A stretch of 51,180 nucleotides of DNA, filler included, from Basidioascus undulatus (taxonomy: Eukaryota), in assembly GCA_000826855.1 (NCBI GenBank). It is 3 parts of 3 records of this genome, joined end to end, with 100 filler letters (N's around TTAATTAATTAA, not from the genome) between each part and the next. Parts side by side here need not be neighbours in the genome. Positions count along the whole stretch, not along the records: positions 34,200 to 51,180 come from JTLS01000555.1; 2 more parts are not named here. One strand, written 5' to 3'. Below, piece by piece: positions 34,361 through 48,034 of this stretch (positions are counted from its first letter, which is position 1; every line of letters starts with the position of its first letter). The notes beneath the pieces are model-generated. The model made no database searches. It worked only from the letters and a program-made list of their open reading frames with translations, and had not been told where the DNA came from. The position numbers and the translations under genes are program-made.

Positions 34361-34472
34361 TGTTGGAACAGCATAGCCAGCATCGCATCCGTCACCTCCC
34401 CGGGAAGCTCCCCCACAAGCAGCGCATTGCTCGGCGCATGTCCCGTCTCCCACCCCGCCCCGCTCGCCTCCT
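34361..34472 (-). pseudogene. Isolated exon resembling the start of RRM2 of U1A/U2B'' snRNP proteins
   Basis: TAG acceptor, then EASGAGWETGHAPSNALLVGELPGEVTDAMLAMLFQQ, compared with the U1A/U2B'' consensus PN.ILF..NLP.E....ML..LF.Q. No flanking exons seen. Confidence 0.5.
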
Positions 34473-34710
34473 CTAAGTGCCACTTTGGGGCTGGCGTGAG
34501 ATGCCGACTATGACATCAGACATGTTCAAGCTATGCATTGGGCAACCGGTGAATGCATAGCGCCTGCAGCCGCCTCCAAGACGCTGCGAAGGAAAAAAAT
34601 GAAAAAAAAATAGGGGGGGGCCCGGGAGAAGGCAGTAGGACATTATAGCGAAACCTATGGAAAATACCGAGAGGATTGGCAAAGACATATTTCTCGTAGA
34701 AATGGCTGGT

Positions 34711-37700
34711 TCATGACAGCGCATTAGAGGCTGACTGCGAGGCCGACGACGTCTGCGCAGATGTAGCGTTGGCCGACGCCGTAGCAGATGAGTGCGAAGA
34801 AGAGGCGCCGCTCGACGCTGCGGACGGGGTGATGGATGCCGTCTTGATCTTGAAATCTGAGGACCGGGTGGACCGACGTCAACGGCAAGATGTGAACGAG
34901 CTCGAGAAATCGATTTACCGTCTTCAGCTTTGTTCATTAACCCCCCGATATTCGTGAGGTCGATATCAATTCCGCCGAGAGTAAATTTGTAGCTGTGTTT
35001 GCAAGCAACACCAAGGTTAGCGACAAGGTCGAGCGACAGATTACGGATCTAGACCGAAGAGCAAACGAACGTTGTGGGGATGTTTGTCCTGGAGCCAGCT
35101 GGGGTCAGATTGGATGTAAACTAGGCAACGAGCTTAGACTCACTGATCCAGTTTGAGCCACGGGATTTGGTACCCACTACCATCACCGACTCGCGATGTC
35201 ATTGCTGTTGCTATATCGAGGTTCTTGCCTAGATGCGAGAAAGGTCAGGGGATTTTCGAGTGAGGAGAGATACGGAGACAAACCAAGGCTTGGCAAGGTT
35301 TTAATCAAGCCCTGCGTAAGAACCACGTGCGGTACAGGACCTGAGCGTTTCGTCAGCTTCATGAAAAGAGTGTTACAACGCATCATCTACTGACCTGAGT
35401 TGCTCTTCCCTTTGGCGGGAATGACAAAGTTGGAGAATGGTTGATCGAAGTGCGCTATAGTATCGCTTCCGACTCCAGAGCTGAAAAGAGAAACAGAGAG
35501 CGTGAGAGAAAATCTTGGGAGAGCGGAGCGCGTGTGATTACTCACTCGCACTGAACAAATTCGATGACAAGATCCGAATCAAGAGGATTAATTGCGTCGA
35601 AGTCGATCACAATTTCGGGGTGGACTCCATCAATCCCAAGTCCTTCTCCGATACCCTCAACGACCTGCAAAGTGAGCGGGAGGAACGGGTCAGCCAAGCA
35701 CACGGCGGAAGAAGCAGCAGACCAAGAGCAGCTCACGGTGTCCAACGACATCATTACGTTGATGTGGGTGACCATCGTTGCACCGAGAGCTGGAGAGGTA
35801 TTGTCAGCAATGATTTCAACAGAGCACAGTACATAGGTCATACCTTGGAGGCCGGTCTTGATAGTGACTCCTTCAAGTGCGGGAACCAGCGACTGGTATG
35901 GTGACGATCCTGGTCCGCCGCGGATGGTGATGGGGAGCATACCACCGGTGGTGAGGCTGGCGGAGATGGTCAGTAAAACTCTGCGATCAAGGGTTCTACT
36001 TCGAGTAACACTCACAAGTCAGCCAATAGTGACTGTGCAGTCGTGTCATTTGCATTGGGAGGACCGTAATGGAATTCAGAGGCTATCATGTTCTCGCCCG
36101 GTTTGAGGTCCAGAGTGGAGAGTACAGCGTCTCCAACAGAAACGTCTTTGTAATACGCAGGCAAATGGACGTCGTTTGTGTTCAACTGTTGCAACAGAAG
36201 CAGTCAGGGGAGTCGTTGGTGCAGCGCACTGAGGCAACTCACGCTGATATTTGACGGATTGTTGAGCTTGACATCAAGTGGGACGCGGATATATTCCGAG
36301 GTGGAACCAGTAACACTCTGCATGAGATAATCAGCAGGTCATCAACGAATCTCCAATGACTTTCCAGCGATCCTCAATCAACTCACAGCATTGGAGAGCT
36401 CTGCTGTCTGCCCGAACTGATTGATTCCCTTCAGCTCCGACGGAACCTTGAAAGGAATACCAGAGATCGGACTGTGAGGTGAAGCCAGGGAAAGGTTAGT
36501 AGACTCTGCAACGGAGAGTGAAAAATAACGTACACGTCTCCGATGGCGGTCCTTGCAAGTCTGAAAGCGCGGGCGACATCAGTAGCGCGTCAAAGCGAAC
36601 CAAGTGCCAAAGACTTACACATCGGCAGTTCCAGAGAGTTCAAACTTGACATCTGGACCATCGGTAACAGATGCAAAAAAGCTTTCAAAGGCACCGCTGT
36701 CGACGGAAAGCAGGTTAAAATAAGGCCGGACTGGAGAAGGGGTGGCAAAAAACGGGAACGTACTTATCAAGCGCGTGAAGATCCTGGTCCTTGAACGACA
36801 AAATGAGAGGTGCGGCCTTGCCGGTCGACACTCCAGCTTCGACATCGGCCATCGGGAGCTTGAGCTGAAAGGGGTGAGAACCAATTGTTCAGTGGGGTGG
36901 AGGTGAGGGAAAACAGCCATAGGACCGCGGACCTCAGCGACGTCGTGTCCATCCACGGAGAGAGTGATTGCTTCTGAAGCCTGCGAGAGGGAAATTAACG
37001 GGGCGATTTAAGCGACAGGCCCTTAAAGCTCACCTGGATAGCTTGCAGCGAGAAGCCGAAGGGATTGGTGTACGAAGCAACCGTGTTCGTTGATGAGGTC
37101 TTGGCGTTGTAAGCTTGAGAGGCATCAGTCATCTCGACCTCAAGATCTGTCAAAGAAATGCTGTTGATGATTTCGTATTTCTCTCCAGGAAGGGTGACGT
37201 CGACTGAGGGAAGAACCGATTAAAGGGGTTAGATCAAAGCTCGCTCAGGCCGACGGAGACGACTCACGTTTGAGAGTCTTGAACGCAGTTGTGAGCCAGC
37301 CAACTTCGTTGCCGTTGGGCTTGACGGAATCTCCCACAACCTCGAGCGAGGAGTTCTGACCGCCCAGGAATGCCGAGAATAGTTTTCCGATGGACTGAGT
37401 GTCTTGACCGGGAACCATGCGACCATTCAAGTGCACAGACGTGTCAGACTGAGGAGCCAATATGAAGCCGGAGGTGCTCAGAGCTGCAAAGAGGAAGAGA
37501 GACGTCAACGTCGGGCACAAGAGGGTTTCACAGCAAGCACAACATACGACCAACAAGGGTGCCCTCATAGAACGCGTTGAAAGTGACGTCGCCCAGGTCA
37601 ATTCCAAGCTGAGCAGGTGAAGGGATCGTGGAATCAGTGCTGATGGTGATTCCACCGTTCGGGTCCTTATACGGAGCAATGGGTCAGCAGCAGAATTTCG

Positions 37701-40700
37701 AGATGTTGATACGAGAAGCGCTGTTTACGTCTTGAGGGAGGTTAAAGTTGGAGATGGTGCTGACGGGAGACGACATGCGCCAAGTCAATGAGGGAGCGAC
37801 TGGGGTGTGAGAAGAAGACTTACACGCCAGGGAGATTATTGAACGCTTTCAAGGAGATCTTCTTGGTCAACGAAACATTGTCGAAGACGACTCCGAGCGC
37901 GGTCAAGCGAAGGGACTTCGTCTGTAGTATGATATTAGAAGAGGGTCAGTGACGGCCTCAAGCTTGTAACTTTCCCCTTACTCACCGAAATGGTCCACTC
38001 GAAGGAAGGAGTGTGCAGCATCGACGTCGCAAAGTCTGGGAGATGGGCCGGGAGAAAATGATCAGAGAACAGTAGCGGAGAATTCACTCATCACTCACCG
38101 GTGAAGCCACCTTGATCGGTGATGGTGAGTTTGGCCTTGGGGTTGTAGTTCGGAATGCCGTCGTCTGCAGAAGCACACGCGGAGGGAAGGTCGATCTTGG
38201 CAATGTCCTTTCCCTCCCAGGTGACGATGGCACCATCTCTGAAGCCACAAACAGGGTCAATTATTTGAGCAAAAAAAAGCAACGGGCGGAGGCACTAACG
38301 GGAACTCCAGCGTTGCGTCAAAGGGACCAGTATTAAGCAGAGAGCCTTCCAGAGCCATTTCGAAGCCTGCTCAAAGGAAAACGTCAAATTAACATCGGAG
38401 ACGCATAGATAGTCCCAGACGACGTACCATCGTCAGTGATGCCCGTAATGTCGACAGTTTTGAAGGTAAGCTCAGCGTTATCCACGATGTTTTGCACCGC
38501 TGGTGGAGCTACAACAGTGATGAGGTAGAGCGCCGAATCATCCGTGGCTGCCGGGACATTGCGCTGATCGAAGTCCAGATTGATAGAGTAGTCGTCAAGC
38601 TTGACATTGGAAGAGATGCTGAGTTATAGAGGAGGGGATCAGTTGGGAGTTCCCTAAAATGTAGCAAGAGGGTACACTCACCTGAGATCGACACGCATGT
38701 TTTGGAGCGAGGCGAGAATTGCATGGTTGACATCAAACTGAAGAAGGAATGGAGGTCAGGACTTAAAGCGGTGGAGGTTGCACCGACAAAGCAATGCGTA
38801 CCTGATGTCCAGAGTTGCACTGCGGTGCCGACGATCCTGCGATGGTAGTCTTGACGGGAGACTCTTGGTCATCGCCAAAAGAGAGTACAGTTTTGAAAAC
38901 ATCAGTCAGAGGACCGAGATCGACACCTTGCGCTGCAGAGGCTTGTTCGAGGAGAGCGACGATAGCCGATGGAACGAGGTTGAAGTTGAACGGGAGGGCA
39001 GAGGTGGTCGCAGAGCCGTGTCCGGGAACCGAGAAGTCGAGATCGGTGTTGATCTCTCCGAGGTAGACAGAGCCATAGTTGGCCTTCGCAACGAGGTGAG
39101 TGAGACCCAGGCTCGCGGTGAAGGGGTCTTGGACGGTCGAGGTGGCGCTGGCTGTCCCATTATTCGTTCGGATATCTGCAGGGGTAGGAAAGAAGTCAGC
39201 AGCGGTACAGGGTCAAGGAGGAGAGCATGCATTACCCTGAGGGAATTTCAGGCTCACTGCGAGAAAGGGAGGGTCATGTTCAGATCGGGACTCGCAGAGG
39301 CCATAATTAGGAGCGAGCAACTTACCTCCGGTGACGAGGTTACCATCATAAGGAGGAACCGTGCTGGCAAGGGTAATCCCGGAGAGTGCCTCTTGAAGCG
39401 ACTCGATGGCTGTGGACGAGGTAGAGCCTTGGATCTTAACTGGGGTGGTGACGTTCGATATGAAGTTTTGGAGGAGCTGACGACCGGCCGGTAAAGCGTC
39501 CCCTTGGGGTTGGAAGTGGATAGCTGCGTGAGGAGCGTTGTCACCCGGATTCAGGAGGAGATCGACGAGGTTGACAGTCCCGAGGTTCTTGTCCTGGAAG
39601 ACTAATCCGAAAGCCGTGTCCCCTATGCCCAGGGTAATGTTGCTTGGGTTTGCGATGGAGGTTCTGGAAGGGGGAAAACGGTCAGCAAAGCCGGGCAAGG
39701 AGATCTGAGGAAACGAACTCCAGATTGATCTGCAGGAAGTCAAAATACTGTGAGGAGACAACAGCTGGTCAGCCTAGCGATTCAAACACTCGTCGCATAA
39801 CGCAAAATCTTACTCCTTTTGCGACGTCCAGGTTAGACACCTCTACAGGCTTGCTCCCAAGATTTTGCAGACCCAAAATGCTCGTCTCGACGTCGAAGTG
39901 GATGTCCGAGATGGTAAGTTGTCCAACGGCCGTGGATGCGTGAGTGATTGCGGTTCCAGAGAGTCCAAAGGTCTGTCCAGCGAAGGAAGGGGGGTCAACA
40001 ACAAACTATAGGAGGAAAAAGAAACGTGCGACTTACGACAGAGTCCTTCGCTGTGACGTCCGCCAGATAGTGAGAGAACTGAGAGTGGACATCCGGGTAG
40101 CTGAGAAAGAGGGGTGGGATGTAAGCGGATGAGGCCCCCGTGATTTCACGATCGAGCAATACTCACACAGCAAAGGGCACGTCGTCAAAGGTCAGCTCGA
40201 TCGTGCGAGCTGAGACGTCGGTCTTGCCAGGTCCCTCGGGGACATCAAGAAGAGCGATATCGCCTCCCTCATACGACACAACGACTAAGGAGAGGAACGA
40301 GTATCAGTTACTGAGTGGATAAACAACTGCAGCAGAGCAGACAGGCAACTTACTTTTCTGGCTGAGTCGGTTGATGTCGAGAGGGAATGCAAACGGCAGC
40401 TGGAAGGCGACGTTGGTTTTGGGCGAGCTTGTGGCTGGGTTCCAAGCGGTAGACGTATCAAACATGAGCTTGAGCTCCTCGAGCCTAATCGACTTGATAC
40501 TGTGGACAAAAGTGAAGAAAGGTCAGCCAAATGCCAACAGTATTTCCGTCGCGCTGAAGGACCCACACTTGGTAGCCGCTCGGCGCTCCAGGGAGAAGCA
40601 CATCAACCATGAGCTTCTTGATCCCATCGTTCAACCATGAGACGTCGCTTGGACCAGCGAAATCTCCCCGAACGGAGAGTTTCGTCCCGTTGTAATGCTA

Positions 40701-43700
40701 AAAAAAGAAAAGGGTTATTTCGGGAAGAGAAAACTCAAGAGGGGAGAGCGTTTGGACCCACAACATAGTTGGTGAAGACGGTGGAGACTGCAGCAAGTCC
40801 CTCCGGCGAGTCCTGTGGTATGAGGCGACCAGCAAGAGGAAGGTCCAAAGTGGAGGATGGACCGAGGATAAAGGACGATGCGGCGACGGGGCCGAGCGCG
40901 CTGGGGTTCTCGTCTCCGTAAAAGGAATTGAACCCGAGGTGCTCTAGCTCGATTCCGACCACTGACGGGCTGCAGGAGGCATAAAGTGGGAATGAGCGTC
41001 ACGTGCAAAGAGTGAGTGCGAGGGGACTATAAGAGAAAATGGCTCCTACTTGGTAAGCTGCGTCTGAAGCTTCAAAGTGATTCCACCGTCAGGGTCATTG
41101 TCGGGAAGGTCAAACGACTTGATGATGATGAGTGAGGCGCCTGAGTCCGGATCTTTGAAGGAGTTCATTCCTGAGAGAGTGACTTGCTTCGAGATCTTAA
41201 TCTGAGAGGGGAAAGAAGTCAGACAGCGCGCTACGTGGAAGACGATCACGAGCAGGCAACTTACTTCGGGTACAGAAATCCCCATCGCATCGACAACCAG
41301 TCCATCGCCAGCAATGTCCCACACGAAGTCCTTCTTTGTCAAGAGAACCTGAAAAAAGGAGACCTTGTCAACGGCAGGATCGGACAAAGCGACGAGGCAA
41401 GAGCGCACCTCAGTGAAAGCCTCGAGGCGGGAGACGTCATCGACTTGGAACATGGCGCCCGTGACGTCGAGATTAGCTCCGACGTCACCAACTGTTAGGG
41501 GAGAAAAGGGGGTCAACTAGAGTTCTCGGAATCTTAGCAATGCTCTGCGGAAACTCACCGAGAGGAGTATCCGGCATGGCAAGCTTTCCCAACGGAGTCC
41601 CATTCCAGCTGATCGAAAGACCCTCGGGGAAGGAGATGTTTGCATCGAAGGGACCAGCGTTGGTGATGGATCCCTTGAGCGAGGTCAAGAAGGACTTTTC
41701 CTTGGGCTCGCTGATGAGGATAGAGTCGAATCTGGTAGGCAGAAATCGTCAGCCCAATGGTCAGCAAAATGAGTAGCAATTGACGTACTTCAAGACCGCT
41801 CCGTCCACCACCTTCTGCACGATCGGTTTCGCGAGGATAGGGAGCAGACGTCCAATCTCGTTGACCTGTAGAGAAAGGTCACGTCAAGACAGGTCGGTAG
41901 GAGCCAATAAGACAACCTACATTGGCTTCTACATCAGTCTGGGTGTAGGCAAGTGTGGTGGGGTAGTCTCCGATGTTGACCGACGACGTGAGGGTGACGT
42001 CAACGGAGAGTTGGCTGAATGCTTTGTCAACGAAACTGGGGAGGTCGAAGCCGGTGTACATGTTGTCTCGGGCTACGAGAGTTGTTGGCCCTTTTTCGAC
42101 GAAGGACGACTCCTCCATGGTGGAGCGGCGACGTGGTTTGCCATCAGAATCGAGGTAATTGTATCCACCGAGCTGAGAAGCTATGGTCAGCGACATGAAT
42201 GAAAAACTTGAGCCGGAAGCGACGATGTACTTTGACGATCCCATCGAGCTGATCGGTGCCCTCTCCGGCCTGGACGGCTAGTACTCGGAGAAGCGTGAAG
42301 ATCGAGGACGGATCCAGGCTGGAGAATACGATTAGTATTCTGTTTCTGGGATAAAGGCCGCAAGACTCACTTCATAGCGAAAGGCAGGTCAGGAGAGATG
42401 GCTGTAGTCTTGCCGGTGGCGGGGAAATCTGTCGATGTATCGATGCTACCCAGCGGAATACCATGGGAGGCGACGTCCGACTTAATCTTTGTGATCCTGA
42501 GACCCGCAGAGAACGGGTTTACCTGCCGAGAGGTTGACGTCACTCTCGGTTATGAGTGAAAGTAGAAGCAGAGCACCCACGAGAGACACAACTGCCGCGG
42601 CCATGTCGTCCTTCGCTCCAGTGGTTGGGAGAATTGTAACGTTGGCGGACTGGAGAAGCTTGGTTTTTAATCCAGGCAGAACAGTGTCAAGGTGAAGAGC
42701 CTGTGGGCACAGGCCCGGTCAGCATCGGATTAAGGGTCAGACGAAGGTCACACCCTCACCTCGAAAGCCTCGACGAGCGACAGGATCTTGGTTGATTCAG
42801 CAAACCCAGCGATCTGCATGGTACTGTCGATTTGGTTCACGAAGTTGTTAAGAGTCTCAAGTCCAGCAGTGGAGTCGTTGGGGCGGAACTGCACAGCGGA
42901 GGACGTCAGAAATGCAAATAAATCAAGGATGACGCAACTCACAACTCCAGTAGCACCGACAGTTTGGTTGCCCATCACCAAGTTGAGGTTCGGCAGAGTG
43001 GTCGTACCGATGTCGGAGCCGTTAGCAGAGAGCTGGAAGGTGACGTCTCCAACCTGAGAATGGCGAGAGTCAGTGGAGGATCACGCGACTGGGCACGAGG
43101 ATCAATGACTCACATTGAGGTTAAGATTCGAGGGGTTGTACATCGAGACGTTGACTGAGGGGAGGGAGGGTTCAGTCTTGAGGCCAGCTTCTTGTTTACA
43201 GAAACTACCCACTCGCAAGACTGATGTGGTCAGAAGTTCCCCCAGTAACATCGACTCCGAGGATGCTGAGCGAGGGAAGAGGACGTCAGCATTGAAAGGA
43301 AGAGAGCGAGCATGCACACACACAGAGTAGGTTGGCTCTGGAGTCCCTCGAGACCTCTCAGCCCCGAAGGAACAAAGAAATTGATCGGGTCCTGGAAGTG
43401 CAGAGGGAACGTTAACGACCGACGACACAGCGAAAAGGAAAACGAACAACTCACGAGGACGATAGGACCGACGGGAGTGTTCGCATACACCTGCGAGCTT
43501 CCTCGGAGGAACAAGTTGATTCCGTTCTGTGTTGTGAGATTTGTCTCTGCGGGATACAGAGAGCGGAGGGAAGGGTCAGTGTCTAGACTCAGTGAGCAGC
43601 AAGTTGGTTAGCTCACGGAAGTGATCAAAGCTGTTATGACCATCCTCGGAGTTGGGAACCACGAGAGGAGCAGTGGGAAGTCCGATCTTGATCAACCCCT

Positions 43701-45995
43701 CTGTCTGGTTTGAGCTAATGACGCGGATGTCGGAACTGAGAGCAGGTCCAAGAGGCTGTGTGGGTAAGACGGAGAGGTCAGCGTGTGCAGAGAAAGAAGA
43801 GAAGCATGCAACGTACCGAAGAGAGGGCAGCAAGGTCGATGTCGTTCTCGACAATGGAGAACGAGTTTGCCAGCTGAGTGACAGAAAGGTCAAACCCGAA
43901 GGGAACTTGAAGTTTGGCACTCAGGTCGTCAGAAGTTGTCAAAGGGGAGTACGACGTCTCGGGCGTGTAGGAGAGGTTGAGCGAGCCGATCTCTATGGCT
44001 TGGATGGGGTGGATGGGTCCGGTGATAGACACTAGGGGGACGTTCATGGTGAGAGCCTTGACACTGAAGGAAAGGGGGGGGTGAGAGGGGGGGTTCAGCA
44101 GGCGCTCAATCAAGTCTAGCTTGCAAACGACAAAGGACTCACCCATCGCTCAGCCAGGAAATAACGGATCCGTCAGCCATGTGGACGCTCTCTCCCTTGG
44201 CGACAATTGGAATGGTGTCTCCGTTAAGGTACTAGAGGGAAGAGGAAGGGAGAGGAAAGAAATCAGCCTGAAGTACTGATCAAGCTTGCCCTCGCAGCAA
44301 AACTCACATGGCTCATGAGCTGACCGATGAGCCCCAGCTCAGTGGCGTTCGTGTGAGGGATAAGACGACCGTTGAGGCGGATCTCGTTGGACTCCGGGGT
44401 CAAGATGACGTCGTTACCAACTGCGGGGCCGAGGTACTGCGAGAAGGAGAGGGAGGATGTCAGCGAGGAGAACAAAAAGGGGGGGAGGAGAGGTCAGCAC
44501 GCACCATTCCTTCATAATACAGCCCCAACGTTAAAGTGCCGAGATCCACACCGAAGGGAGATTGGTTGAACATCCTGACAAGAACGCTTGTCGCGATACC
44601 GCCATCGGGATGGTCCCCTGGGAGCTGGAAATCGAGAATGCGAACCGACTTGGGGTCTTTGGCCATGGCGGCTTGTGCATCCGAAAGTGAATTCGACGTA
44701 GAGTTGAGGGTTGGGGCAGAGATACCCCCCGCAGCAGCGCAGGCAGCACCGAGGCCGTTTGCTGAGGAAACGAGGTGAGATAATGGAAGGAGAGGGAGAA
44801 AACATGGGTGTCAGTCAGAGACAAAGGATGAGCCGAGGCGAGACTTACGATCAAAAGCAGCCATGCCGTTCTAAACGGCAATGTCACAAGTCAGCAGAGG
44901 AGAACGACAGCACCAAACAGCCAACGAACAATATTCAAGTCTTTGTGAAAGTCGATGCTGCAGGGGCGGAAGCAAGGTCAACATCTCCCTCAGATGAAGC
45001 TCATCAACGCCTTCATCAACTCACCGACCGTGGGCAGCAAGGAAGCCGAAAGCCTTGACCTTGACGTCGTCACTCCGCAGCCTCCAGGTGAACTGAGGCG
45101 CAGTCATCATGAAGCCAGTGAATTTGCTGAAGTCCTTCGGTTCACCTGCGATATTGAAATTAGTGTGCTGATCCATGGTACCGTGGCCACGGCCGACAGC
45201 GAGTTGTTCGAGGTTGCTGAAAGAGGAAAGGAAAGGTCAGTACTAGTCTAAAGTTATCGACGGACCACAACTCACAATTGTCCGATGTGAAGCTCCTGGA
45301 GACTGTCGGGATCTACCCAAGAGACAGTGACCGGGTTGGGAAATTTTACGTGAGCGGGGAAGATGCCAGCCTTCTTCATTCGACCTAAGGGTCAGAAAAC
45401 AGAGAGGAAGTCAGCGATTGGTCAAAACCGCTGTCGCACTTCCCCTTCCGATGCCAAACATACCAACAAGATGGAGACCGAATGAAGTATTGGTAGGAGC
45501 GATAATTTCTGACTGGTCGATGAAGAGATGTGTGGTATTTAAGGTATGCTGTGCGACAGGAGCACTTTCAGAAGCAAATAAAGTCAGCAATGGGATCTCC
45601 CCGGACAAGGCGCGTGAAACGAGGTGAAATCAAATCACAGGACAACATCTGCGACAGGGCGTTTAAGGGTAATGGAGAAAAAATCAGTCAGCTGCAATCA
45701 TCAAACCAAACCGAAGGGAGAAGCTCGCTCCGTTCTCACAGACGAGGATGACGACCACGATGACGAGCACGACGGGAGCAGAGAGGCAGAAGCATATCAT
45801 CGTCCTCTTGTTCTTCCACACAGGCTTGTTCTCGCGAGGAGTGCCCCTGGCAGAGAGCCATCCCTCGGGGTGGTTGTGTGTAACGAGAGCTCGATCAGAG
45901 GCACCGTCGGAACCGCCGCCGATGGACGGGGAAGCGTTGGTGGGAGCGCCGCCCGTGCGATGGTGTAAGTCATCGCCGCCGTGGGTAGAGCCCAT
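34711..45995 (-). CDS. Very large single-pass membrane protein with repeated DUF3712 (Tag1-like) beta-rich modules; dozens of introns
   Basis: Starts MGSTHGG...WKNKRTMICFCLSAPVVLVIVVVILV (TM). Repeated units follow, e.g. ILDFQLPGDHPDGGIA..FNQSPFGVDLG, IKSFDLPDNDPDGGIT..NPS.VGIEL, SNFNLPQD..NGGITIST..P, YNPSNLNLN, ANPSNITLGIG, LNNPSNI. Ends in a Ser/Ala-rich tail ...SQSASNALS* (TGA 34711-34713). Confidence 0.82.
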
Positions 45996-46418
45996 TGTGA
46001 GTGCGCGAATGAGTGTGCGGCTGAGGATGGTGGGCGGGGGTAGACTAACGATAAAAGAGAGAGAAATAGGGCACGGATCCCCCTTTGCACGAGTAGCACT
46101 CTCTCAGCAACAAGTTCTGCACGGCCTTCAGACTACCGCCTGAAGATGCACTGACAAGGACGGTAATCGCTACTGCCGATGCATTCGAAACGGTTTTTGG
46201 GTGTTAGAGTGCAGGATGAAAAGAGCCGGTGATCAGCTGCGTCCCATCCTCGCAGTTCAGGGCGCTAACCCTGGATCGCGTGCTAACCCACCGTCGTCCA
46301 CCCCGCGTGGGGCAGGATGCGGAGACCCCGCAGGGGCAGGGTACTTGTCGATCCTTGCGCCGATCATTGTCCCACTCACTCACTCTTCGCTCGCCTCTTC
46401 CCCGCGCATCCCTGCACC

Positions 46419-48034
46419 ATGTTAACACGCGTCCCAGTCCCGTCCTTGACACCGTCTCGCCCGTTTCCCCCACCTCGGGAGCTACCTCTCGCACCGCTGG
46501 CGACCCCCGCCCTGCCAGGCAGCTCTCGGTGCATCGCTCCCCGCTGGCGCGCAGGGACAATCCACCCCCTCCGTCCAGCGCTGACGGCCCTTTCCCTCTT
46601 GCAGTACGCCACCAGCCTCTCTCGCTACTCCACGGATATGACCCCCATGAGGAGCCAGGACCACAGTACCAAATGGGTGCCCTCGCCCACCTTCCTCCGC
46701 CTGGTCCGAGTCGGACTCTATCTTCTCACCTCGGTCTTCTCCATCGGTGCTGCGGGTGTCGGCTCGTCCGTCGTTTACTGTGAGTAGTGGGTGGAGGCGG
46801 CCGCGGCGGGTTTGGTCGAGAGGGGGTGCAAACGAATGCTGACCTTGTCTTGCTCTCCTCAAGGGTACAACATCACCGAAGGAGGTGAGCATACGAGCGA
46901 GCGAGCGAGCTACACACCAAGCGGCACTCACCTTGCTCGTGCTCCCTTAACAGCCATCGCACCTTCCTGGGGATCCCTTATCTACCTGATCATCCTCGGT
47001 TTCCTCACCCCCGTCTTCCTCGTCGTCATCCTAGTCCTCGTCATCCCCCGTCTCTCCAGCCGCTCGTACACTCCCTCGGGGGAGACCATCCCAATCGAGA
47101 ACGGCGGACTGGCGAAGAGAATGTTCTCTCAAATCGGGCTCGTCCGCAGCGAGCTTCTTGTCCTCTTTGCGTTTGAGGTCCTTTGGGTTAGCGCTGTCGT
47201 TGCCTACATCAGTGGTGAGTGTTGGAGGCGCGTGGAGATGGGACCGCGGCTGTCGGAGGGAGGGTTGGAGGGAGATCAGTCGCTGCGAGCTCGAGCGTCG
47301 TGCACACCTGCCTCCGTCAGAAGCTGATCTCCTCTTCTGGAACAGATCTTGATGGGGGAGAAAGCTGCCAATGGGATGCGTGCGTCTTTGCATCTCGTTT
47401 GGCAAGTCAAGACAGACGCATGCTCACCTCCTCTTCCTCTCCTCCCTTCCCAGATACTGGCACGCCAAGAAGCCTGATGATTTCTCCACCGTTTGCCACC
47501 TGATCGACCAAACGACTCCGCTTGCGTTCACCGCCTACGCGTTGATAACTGCGGCCTGGCTCTTTGAGACTGTGAGTTGCTTCTGTCTGAATCTCGCACT
47601 CCGTCCGGAGACTCACCATTCCCGTTCTCACCGCACACAGTGTATTGCCGTCTACATCTGGCTCTTCCTCGACCAGCACGTAATGTCTTCGCCGTCCAAC
47701 GACATGGTGAGCTTTGCAAAGGACCGGCGAACAACACCCCCGAGTGCTTACCTCCATCTCCATCATTCCCTTCCCCTCTAGTCCGGTATCGCCTACCGAA
47801 GCTACCTCTCCCTCCGTGATGAACTGCGCGCTGAGGGTGAGAAAAGTGGCTCTGTATCCCGCGGAAACGGTAAGTCACGTCCTTTTCCGCTCCTAACTCC
47901 GCCGCTGAACCTCTCCTCCTCTAGCGGAGCGCGGCCATGTCCGCCGTCCCTCGCTCATGGCCACCACCTCCAATCTTGATCTCACACACGAGAAGACCTC
48001 CCCGGCTGCCAGGACCGTCGAGATTGCTGAGTAG
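46419..48034 (+). CDS. Multi-pass (about four TM) membrane protein, MARVEL-like
   Basis: Hydrophobic exons LVRVGLYLLTSVFSIGAAGVGSSVVY, SWGSLIYLIILGFLTPVFLVVILVLVI, ELLVLFAFEVLWVSAVVAYIS, a Cys-containing loop (CQWD...VC), then FETCIAVYIWLFL; stop TAG at 48032-48034. Confidence 0.65.

Noticed and set aside
44531..44887. ORF starting MTLPFRTAWLLLIVSLASA as a separate secreted protein
   Set aside because: It is mostly intron sequence around a small exon (NGMAAFD) of the DUF3712 gene.
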